From: Gammaproteobacteria bacterium
GTDB taxonomy: Bacteria > Pseudomonadota > Gammaproteobacteria > Eutrophobiales > Eutrophobiaceae
NCBI GenBank assembly: GCA_965221695.1
Contig: OZ244905.1
Span: 1,024,001-1,088,000 of the forward strand
Direction: 5' to 3'
DNA length: 64,000 bases
The first letter of the stretch is position 1. Each line of letters starts with the position of its first letter. The translations under genes were made by a program, and so were the position numbers. Positions 54,868 through 62,400 of the stretch are shown here, one piece after another. Below the pieces are notes generated by a model. It saw only the letters and a list, made by a program, of their open reading frames with translations. It was not told the DNA's origin and did no database searches.

Positions 54868-55118
54868 TTATTTTTTGACCCTCATTCCCGCAGAAACAGC
54901 AGTGCTATATCAAACCAAACCCGACACAACTTTTCAAGCGTTTTCGGGATATTGCATTCTGCATTTCAAGTCATACGCTGAATTCTATATCTTATGAAAT
55001 AACTTTAATATTCTAGCATATCGATTTTAGATGTATGACATTTTCTCGTGATACTGCGTCAGTAAGTGTAACAGCAGCAGAAAATTATGCAAATGTTATT
55101 GATACAGGGGGCGCCAGA

Positions 55119-55228
55119 CTGGGATCGCAGGCATCCGGTCCAATGTTGTGTCGCCCGGGGGCGACTCCTTGTTTTACTGAATTCCCGCTTTCGCGTGAAT
55201 GGGATGGGGGGCTTAGCGCTGGCTTGGG
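55119..55228. repeat. Chimeric repeat cluster: half family-A REP fused to the inner and right part of a family-B element
   Basis: CTGGGATCGCAGGCATCC joined to CAATGTTGTGTCGCCCGGGGGCGAC...CTGAATTCCCGCTTTCGCGTGAATGGGATGGGGGGCTTAGCGCTG. Confidence 0.75.
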
Positions 55229-55242
55229 TGCCCAGTTCGGCT

Positions 55243-56451
55243 TCACAACAACTGCGACAAAAACGTTTGCGCCGGTACGATGAGCGGGTGATTCGGTTTG
55301 GCAAAGCAATCGGCATTGATATAGTCGGCATTGATGACTATCTGAAATGCATGCGGCGCGGCCAGATGGCGCTGGTAATATTTCAGGCTCGGGCCGAGCG
55401 TTGTGGCGGTGTATTTGACTTCTGCCAGGAACCAGGGGTCGCCGTCGCGCGCCACCAGAAAATCGACTTCCCGTTTTTCCTTGTCGCGCAGGTAGCCAAG
55501 TTCAAACCTGCCCAGGCCCATATCGTTCCAACCATCCACCGCCTTGAGCAAGTGACAGGCCACAAATGTCTCTGCCCTGCTCCCGGTATCTTCAATATTG
55601 GCCCAATCAGTCAGAAACCACTTGGGCTCTTTACGCAGCGAACGGGATACATTCTTGTGCCATGGTTTGAGCAGGAAGCCCTGATGGAGGTCGCACAGTG
55701 TGTTGACCCAGCGGCGCACCGTATCGATGGATACCCGTAACTGTTTTGCAAGGTTGGCGTAAACCAGTTGGCTTCCGGAACGGGCAGATAACAACTTGAC
55801 CAGAAGTCCCAGTTGGTCTGTTTGTTGGATTTGTGTCAGGTCGCGCAGATCTTCCCGGACCAGTTGATCATAACGCAGCGATTGCCAGCGGCGACTGAAG
55901 CGCGGGTCGCGTCTCAGGAACGGTTCGGGATAACCGCCATGATTCCATAACGCGGTAAAATCCGTCGCGCTGATTGGTTGCGGGTCACGCACGATACGGT
56001 TGGCTGCCGGGGGTTGTCGGGTGATTATCTCCGCAACGGAGAATGGATGCATGCGGTACGGGAAATACCGTCCCATCAGGCTGTCACCGCCGCGCCGATA
56101 GACAGCCAGACGACTGCTGCCGGTGGCAGTAATGCGGACCTGGTCGGCATACGTATCAAACAGACCTTTCAAAAACTGCTTCCAGCGGGCGTACTTGTGC
56201 AATTCATCAAACAGCACGACCGGTGGCTGTTCGGTAAGCCGGTGCAGCGGCAAGCGCTCGGCAACACGCGCGGGACCGGTCAGGATAAGTTCCCGATCAT
56301 CAATATTGTCCCAGTTAAGGTACAGGTCCGCATGGGCGCGGCAAGCAGTTGTTTTACCTACTTGTCGCGGACCGCTGATGAAGGCCATCTGGCGGTAATG
56401 CGCCAGGTGATATGACAACAGGGATTCATATAGTCGAGGGAATCTTTCCAT
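55243..56451 (-). CDS. AAA_14 ATPase with C-terminal DUF4143 / PD-(D/E)xK-like domain
   Basis: Walker A GPRQVGKTT, Walker B VLFDELH, TGSS, SLMGR, GGYPE, C-terminal EVDFL...AEVK. Confidence 0.9.
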   Translation of the reverse strand: MERFPRLYESLLSYHLAHYRQMAFISGPRQVGKTTACRAHADLYLNWDNIDDRELILTGPARVAERLPLHRLTEQPPVVLFDELHKYARWKQFLKGLFDTYADQVRITATGSSRLAVYRRGGDSLMGRYFPYRMHPFSVAEIITRQPPAANRIVRDPQPISATDFTALWNHGGYPEPFLRRDPRFSRRWQSLRYDQLVREDLRDLTQIQQTDQLGLLVKLLSARSGSQLVYANLAKQLRVSIDTVRRWVNTLCDLHQGFLLKPWHKNVSRSLRKEPKWFLTDWANIEDTGSRAETFVACHLLKAVDGWNDMGLGRFELGYLRDKEKREVDFLVARDGDPWFLAEVKYTATTLGPSLKYYQRHLAAPHAFQIVINADYINADCFAKPNHPLIVPAQTFLSQLL

Positions 56452-56471
56452 GCCTGACTATTATCAATAGT

Positions 56472-56501
56472 ATCGTATAATAGTCAAGACCATTTTACGA
56501 T
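56472..56501. promoter_or_regulatory. Imperfect palindrome directly upstream of the AAA_14/DUF4143 gene, putative operator
   Basis: ATCGTATAATAGTC-AA-GACCATTTTACGAT, 12 of 14 complementary, 20 bp from ATG 56451. Confidence 0.6.
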
Positions 56502-56616
56502 GGCGCTTATTTTGGTCAGAATATGAACAGCGGTTACAGATTAGAACATAACAGTCCGACTTTAGCGCTGGTTCTCAATTAGACAAGTGTCCGTTTGCAC
56601 CTCTATAGAGCCACAG

Positions 56617-56674
56617 TACCACTCCTGCGGAAGCGGGAGTCCAGTCAGATGCTGTGCCGCCCGCAGGGCGACTC
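56617..56674. repeat. Left half plus inner hairpin of a family-B palindromic element
   Basis: TACCACTCCTGCGGAAGCGGGAGTCCAG-TCAGATGCTGTGCCGCCCGCAGGGCGAC. Confidence 0.8.
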
Positions 56675-56727
56675 GTTAAATCCTGCTCTGCCGTTTTCGT
56701 CAGAACATAGCGTTTGCGCTAGCTCAC
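56675..56727 (-). pseudogene. ParE/RelE-family toxin remnant (nonsense at codon 3, truncated at the repeat element)
   Basis: GTG at 56727, 5 bp after the parD stop, reads MS*RKRYVLTKTAEQDL, matching the ParE N-terminal pattern Y.LT..A..DL, then runs into the family-B hairpin. Confidence 0.7.
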
Positions 56728-56732
56728 GAAAC

Positions 56733-56960
56733 TCAGGATTCATGCGCTATGTCAAGGATGGATTTTTCTGACATCTGTCCTTGTTTGATATCTTCAAGGC
56801 CGGCCAAGACGTGTTTGAGTGTCATGTCGGCTTCCATATCATGGCGGATCAGGTCGCGTATATATTCGCTTGGTGTTGCATAAACGCTGGAGTCACCCGT
56901 TCGACTATCGATGAATTGCCGCAGTTCATTTGTCAAAGATAAATTCAAGCTGCTTGCCAT
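56733..56960 (-). CDS. ParD/CopG-like ribbon-helix-helix antitoxin (now orphan)
   Basis: SLNLSLT.ELR.FID....G...YATPSEYIRDLIR.......AGLEDI..G pattern. Confidence 0.82.
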   Translation of the reverse strand: MASSLNLSLTNELRQFIDSRTGDSSVYATPSEYIRDLIRHDMEADMTLKHVLAGLEDIKQGQMSEKSILDIAHES

Positions 56961-57078
56961 GGTTCTTTATAAAATCTGTTTTCCGCACGTGTAGTAAGTT
57001 TAAAACCAATGTCATATTTCGTCAATATTCAGTCGAATACTGACTTCAGACTTATTCCTGTATTGGAAAATACTGGAG

Positions 57079-57474
57079 TTACAAGGCAAACTTGAGCATT
57101 ACAAATGTGATTCCACAGATGGCAATCGTCTGGCCCAGCATCAATTTGAGTATCTCCGACCTGAGGTTATCAACGGCGTTATCAATCTCCTTCTTAACGT
57201 ACTCCTTGGTGGCCATCTCACTGCGAATCTCTTTGATCTCTTGTTCAACCTTGTCAAAACGCCGCTCAATTTTTTCGATGTCCGCTCTTGTGGCAAGGTT
57301 GTTCAACAGATCACCCTGCTCTGCCGCCAGCGCTTCCGCCTGCTGCTCGTTAAAACCGCATGCTGTCATCCGTTTTACGTAGGCATGTTCGTTGAACATG
57401 AGTATGTCTTGCTCCGGCGTAAAATAATGTGATTCTACCGCTGGTTTTGCTTGTGCTACCGTTGTTTCATTCAT
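57079..57474 (-). CDS. DUF1640/CCDC90-like membrane-anchored coiled-coil protein (copy a)
   Basis: Head F..HAYVKRM..CGF..QQAEAL, LATRADI and MATKE beta-layer-like motifs, heptad coiled coil, C-terminal TM segment LMLGQTIAICGITFVMLKF. Confidence 0.8.
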   Translation of the reverse strand: MNETTVAQAKPAVESHYFTPEQDILMFNEHAYVKRMTACGFNEQQAEALAAEQGDLLNNLATRADIEKIERRFDKVEQEIKEIRSEMATKEYVKKEIDNAVDNLRSEILKLMLGQTIAICGITFVMLKFAL

Positions 57475-57569
57475 GGTTTAACTCCCGTTTTTCCGTTCTT
57501 AAGATGAGTGTAAACATTTCTGTTTACTGTTAGATCTGATGTTAGTAGCCTGTTATGGGGTTGTCAAGA

Positions 57570-57672
57570 TGGGATGGGGGGCGCTTGCGCGGGAATAGGA
57601 TGGGGCGCTTAGCGCTGACCTGGGATCGCAGGTGTTTCACCTGCCTGCGGGCGGGACGCCTGCGTTCCCGGG
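57570..57672. repeat. Repeat cluster: family-B right-end fragments plus a family-A REP doublet (57619-57672) overlapping the 3' end of the second AAA gene
   Basis: GGGATGGGGGGCGCTTGCGCGGGAATAGGATGGGGCGCTTAGCGCTG followed by CTGGGATCGCAGGTGTTTCACCTGCCTGCGGGCGGGACGCCTGCGTTCCCG. Confidence 0.8.
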
Positions 57673-58838
57673 GTGAAGGATGCCATCATTGTCGATACGT
57701 CGTTTGCCGGCCAGATCGTTACGTCACTGCGATTTTGTTGCTCGGTACCACCGTATATCAGAACACTGGTTTCAGGCTGTGCGGGTAATTTGCTGGTGAA
57801 TATTCGCAGTCCTTTGAAATAGTCGTTATTGATCGTGGCGCCGGCTTTGATTTCGACCGGCACGATGTTGGGACCATTCTCAACAAGCAGGTCCACTTCA
57901 TTGCCTTTACCATCGCGCCAAAAGTAAAGGTTGTTGCGTTTTCCTCTATGGTAACGATATTTCAATGCCTCGGCGATTACCAGGTTCTCAAACAGATTAC
58001 CTCTAAGCGGATGTGTTTTGACATGCAGTTCGCTCTCTATGCCCAGCAACCAGGCTGCCAGACCCACATCATAAAAGTAGAGCTTGGGAGATTTGATTTG
58101 TCGCTTGGAGATATTAACGTGCCAGGGCTGTAGCAGAAATACGATATAACTGGCTTGCAGCAATGTGAGCCAACTGCGCGCAGTGGTATGGGATATCCCG
58201 ACATCATTGCCAAGACTTTGCAGATTCAGCAATTGACCGGTCCGCCCGGCGCAGATACGCACAAATTTCTCAAACAGCGCCAGGTCTTTAATGGTGATGA
58301 GCTGCCGGAGGTCCCGCTCTACGTAAGTTTCAATGTAATCACCCAACGCCTGGGTAGGATTAAGACCGGTATGATGTATGCGGGGATAAAATCCTGTGAG
58401 CAAAAGCCTATCAATGTTGAACTGGCTATCGGTGGCGCGCAGCTCTTCCATACTCAGAGGCAATAACTTGAACAACGCGGTGCGGCCGGCAAGCGATTGC
58501 CCGATACGGGTCATCACCTCAAATTGTTGGCTGCCGGTCAGGATAAACTGCCCTGGCTTGTTGCGTTCATCAATGAGGGGTTGCAGGTAGGAAGGGAGCG
58601 TCGGAACCCGCTGAATTTCATCCAAGATAACGCCATCCGGATACATGTCAAGCAAACCGCGCGGATCGCTTTGGGCAAACTCACGATGATCAGGGCTTTC
58701 CAGGTTAACATAGGGTTTGTCAGGAAATGTCGCGCGGCAAAGCGTTGTTTTACCGCTCTGGCGCGGCCCGGTGACCGTGATTGCCGGGTATTGAGAAGCC
58801 GAGTTCTTGAGCGCTGTTTCTAATGTGCGCGGGATCAT
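57609..58838 (-). CDS. AAA_14 ATPase with C-terminal DUF4143 / PD-(D/E)xK-like domain (second, divergent paralog)
   Basis: MIPRTLE start (ATG 58838), GPRQSGKTT, ILDEIQ, LTGSQ, SLAGR, YIETYVERD, KSPKLYFYDVGL, GNLFEN, EVDLL...VEIK. Confidence 0.92.
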   Translation of the reverse strand: MIPRTLETALKNSASQYPAITVTGPRQSGKTTLCRATFPDKPYVNLESPDHREFAQSDPRGLLDMYPDGVILDEIQRVPTLPSYLQPLIDERNKPGQFILTGSQQFEVMTRIGQSLAGRTALFKLLPLSMEELRATDSQFNIDRLLLTGFYPRIHHTGLNPTQALGDYIETYVERDLRQLITIKDLALFEKFVRICAGRTGQLLNLQSLGNDVGISHTTARSWLTLLQASYIVFLLQPWHVNISKRQIKSPKLYFYDVGLAAWLLGIESELHVKTHPLRGNLFENLVIAEALKYRYHRGKRNNLYFWRDGKGNEVDLLVENGPNIVPVEIKAGATINNDYFKGLRIFTSKLPAQPETSVLIYGGTEQQNRSDVTIWPANDVSTMMASFTPGTQASRPQAGETPAIPGQR

Positions 58839-58862
58839 AGTGGTCAATGTAATCAGGATGGG

Positions 58863-58893
58863 TGCAATATGCAAGTACAACTTTCATTTTGCA
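58863..58893. promoter_or_regulatory. Imperfect palindrome upstream of the second AAA_14/DUF4143 gene, putative operator
   Basis: TGCAATATGCAAGT-ACA-ACTTTCATTTTGCA, 12 of 14 complementary, 24 bp from ATG 58838. Confidence 0.6.
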
Positions 58894-58916
58894 CACACTG
58901 GGAGGTCAACACTGGT

Positions 58917-58968
58917 CTGATATCGCAGGTGTCTCGCCTGTCTGCTTGCGGGATGCCCGCGCTCCAAG
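58917..58968. repeat. REP doublet, family A (degenerate)
   Basis: CTGATATCGCAGGTGTCTCGCCTGTCTGCTTGCGGGATGCCCGCGCTCCAAG aligns with 12860-12912. Confidence 0.8.
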
Positions 58969-58973
58969 GGGGT

Positions 58974-59384
58974 TTACTGCACAAACTTAATTATTACGAA
59001 TGTGCTTCCACAGATGGCAATCGTCTGGCCCAGCATCAATTTGAGTATCTCCGACCTGAGGTTACCAACGGCGTTATCAATTTCCTTCTTAACGTACTCG
59101 TTGGTGGCCATGTGTTGCATGTTTTGGTGAATCACTTTGAGATCTTCTTTGGTCGCCATGTTTTGGCGAATATCTTTGATCTCATGTTCGACCTTCTCGA
59201 AACGCTTATCGACCTCATCAAAACGCAGATAGACCTTCTCGAAACTTGCGTTGATGTTGTCGACATCGACCCTCGTCGCCAGGTTGTTCAACAGATCACC
59301 CTGCTCAGCAGCCAGCGCTTCCGCCTGCTGCTCGTTAAAACCGCATGCTGTCATCCGTTTTACGTAGGCATGTTCGTTGAACAT
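58974..59384 (-). CDS. DUF1640/CCDC90-like coiled-coil protein (copy b; longer stalk, lacks the 26-aa N-terminal extension of copy a)
   Basis: Head and TM regions near-identical to 57079-57474 at nucleotide level; extra heptads and an extra MAT.E unit in the middle. Confidence 0.75.
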   Translation of the reverse strand: MFNEHAYVKRMTACGFNEQQAEALAAEQGDLLNNLATRVDVDNINASFEKVYLRFDEVDKRFEKVEHEIKDIRQNMATKEDLKVIHQNMQHMATNEYVKKEIDNAVGNLRSEILKLMLGQTIAICGSTFVIIKFVQ

Positions 59385-59387
59385 GAG

Positions 59388-59420
59388 GCTGTGTCGCCCG
59401 CAGGGCGACCCCTTATTACC
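59388..59420. repeat. Isolated inner hairpin of the family-B element between the autotransporter-2 stop and DUF1640 copy b
   Basis: GCTGTGTCGCCCGCAGGGCGACCCCTTATTACC; 7-bp stem GTCGCCC/GGGCGAC with a 3-nt loop. Confidence 0.8.
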
Positions 59421-62400
59421 TGTAGCCCCACTCCAGGTTCAGCCAGAAGCTGTGCTCCGGTGATATGTTCCAGGATTCTTCGCGTACGCCTTCAAACCCA
59501 ACCCGCAGTACGCTGCCGCCCAGTAACACGTCGCTCATCTCCGTGCCCAGCATGAACCGGCGGGAACGTTCGCCCAAGCCCGTAGTGCGGCTGTATACGG
59601 TCCATAACCGGTCTCGGATGAACAGGCCATAGCCCACCTCCGTCTCCATGCCGAACCGGTACTCATCCGAAGTCGGACTGCGCTGGCCGCGTACCATGTC
59701 GTCAATATTACGCTCCCACAACTGCCGGGCGCCGCCCTCAATGCTGCCCAGACTGCGGACCGGACTGTAATGCGGCGTCAACCGCAGCATCCAGCCGGTG
59801 CCGTCCGCCTGGTACGCCTTCTCCAATAACCCGCTCACCTGCCACTCACGGTAATTCGAGTTCGCCAGCAACCCGGCGCCGCGCAACTGTAACGCCCAGC
59901 CCGTGTCCGTCGCATAGCGCACACCACCGGCCAGGTCCAATCCGGCGCCGCTTTGCGCATCACCGCCGTCAATACGCACGCCCAACTCGGCAAACTGCTC
60001 AAACTGCCCCGCCTCCGTCGCCGACATATGCCTGCCCTCCAATACTGCCCGTACACGCTGCACATCGATATCCGGCGCATCCTCGACCGACATTGCCGCA
60101 TACATCGCCTCGCCCTGGTAACCCAACTGCCAACCGCCACGCCGGAAGAAACGACCCGTCACGCCCAATGCCGCCGAGTACATATCCACATCAGACTCCT
60201 GCCGGTACCCCTCATCGTCCACCGTCAGGTCCAACTCGCCCAAACCATACCCCAAAGCGCCCCAGATACTCAGGTCCGGCGAGACCATCCAGTCCGCATA
60301 CGGATACAGACTCGTCAGACTGATGTCGTAATCCCCCGTGAAGGTGCGCCGGGCATCACTGCGGTCGGTATAGTCAAACCGGCCCTCGGTGCGGGACAGG
60401 GCCGCGCCCAGCAGCAACTGCTCGGTTGCCTCAATATCTGCGCCCAAGTGGAAATTCGCCACGCCGCCGTCCCAAGTCACCGCATTATTGCCCTTGCTGC
60501 GCAGGTCGGTGTAACTGCCCTCGCCCCACAATGTGACCACTTTACCCGGCTCGCCGGATTCGCTGCCGTCGTCAGCCCCGAAATTCAGCGGCAGCACAAA
60601 CGACGCCCGGTTCAGCAACTGGCGCAGGTCAAACCGCCGCCGGTATTCCCATCCGCCCGGCGTGTCGAAGACATCAAAGACATCCGGTGTTGGCTGTGTC
60701 CGTCCGCCGGTCCGGGACCCGCCCAGGGTCGGATCCACCCGGCTCTCCGTGCCCGGCAATGCCTGTGTGCTGTGCCCGAATGTCTGTGTTATGCCAGACA
60801 GCGCCAGTCGTTCTTCATCATCTGATAATGGCTGCCCGGTACCGCCCGCAGACGGGTCAACACGACTCGTTGTGCCAGACAATAGTGACCCGGACTCGAT
60901 CCCGATCTGCGTCTCTGCCCCGGCGCCAACGTCAGGTGATGCTTGCTCTTCCTCAGGCAACGCCTCAATACCCAGCAGCGGTAACCCGGACTCTGCTCCA
61001 TACGCAGTAGGCTGACCTGGTTGCGTGCTTGGCGACGGCTTCACAGAACGGCCCAATATCGTGCTTGTTTGACCTGCCCCGGAACGCACCGAGCTGATCC
61101 GATCACTGAGCGCCTGCGTGGTGCGTCCGATTACCGACAGGGTCAAATGCGGCAACAGGTCTTCATGTACATCCGTCACCTGTACGGCATCAATCGGCGC
61201 CTCGCTCACCGTTACCGCAAACGTATCACTCACGGCTTCGCCTGTCTCATCTGCGGCCGTGACCGTAACGTTTGCGGCGCCCACCGACACACCGGTCAGG
61301 GTCAGGTCGCTGCCTGACAGGGTAACCGTTACGATCGTCTCATCATCCGACACCGCCGTATACGTCAGCGTATCGCCGTCCGCATCGGTGAAGGCAGCGC
61401 TGACATCAACCTGTTGGACCTGGTCTACGTCAATCCCCTGGTCAGACAGCGGCATGTCTACGGCCGGCGCCCGGTTCGGCATCACGACCGTGACGGCAAA
61501 CCGGTCGCTCGCCGTGCCGCCGCGTCCGTCATCGGCCGTTATTGTGATGGCGGTATCACCGGCGGATGCGCCGGTCAGGGTCAGGGTAGCGCCGGTTATC
61601 GCTACCGTGACGACGGAGGTATCAGCAGACACCGCCGTATACGTCAGCGCATCACCGTCTGCATCGGTAAAGGTAGCGCTGACATCAACCTGCTGCGTCT
61701 GGTCTACGTCAAGCGTTTGGTCAGACAACGGCGTCGCCACTTCCGGCGCCTCATTAGACAACGCCACCGTCACCGTGAACAGGTCGCTCGCCCTGCCGCG
61801 TCCGTCATCCGCGGTCACCGTGATGGTCGCCGCACCGACGGCTACGCCGGTTAAAGTCAGGGCGCTGCCGGTTACTGCCAAGGTGACCACCGTCTCGTCG
61901 GCAGACACTGCTGTATACGTCAGCGCATCGCCGTCCGCATCACTGAACGCGCCGCTCACATCAACCTGCTGCGTCTGGCCTACTACCAGTGTCAGGTCAG
62001 ACAACGGCGTTGCCACCACCGGCGCCTCATTCGGCGGCGCCACCGTTACCTTGAAGGTGTCGCTCGCCGTGCCGCCGCGCCCGTCAGAGGCCGTTATCGT
62101 CACATTCGTCTCGCCCAGCGCCACGCCGGTCAAGGTCAGACGCTCTGCCGAATCCACATCCACCGCCACGATCGATGAGGCATCGGTCGTCGCCGTGTAG
62201 ATCAGCACATCGCCGTCGCTGTCGTTAAACAAGCCCATGATATCCAACGTCCGGTTCTCATCCACCAACAATATCTGATCACCGGCCGACATCAGCAGAA
62301 CCGGCGCATTGTTTGGCGGCGGTGGCGGCGGCGGCGGCGGTGTTGTCTCGTCCACATCTCTCACCGTCACCGTGATGTTGCCGCTGGTCGCCGTGTTGCC

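Noticed and set aside
13483-54997. Numerous long + strand ORFs (up to 857 aa) and short alternate-frame ORFs over the giant gene
   Set aside because: Antisense or off-frame shadows of a GC-rich repetitive CDS; Arg/Gly/Val-rich, no motifs, and they repeat with the FN3 period.
57021-57044. Palindrome GTCAATATTC-AGTC-GAATACTGAC between DUF1640 copy a and parD
   Set aside because: Could be a parD operator or a weak terminator; cannot be assigned from the sequence alone.
55100-59420. Classical integron cassette array
   Set aside because: No paired RYYYAAC...GTTRRRY attC boxes after the genes (only isolated GTTA motifs near 57530-57555) and no intI in the window.
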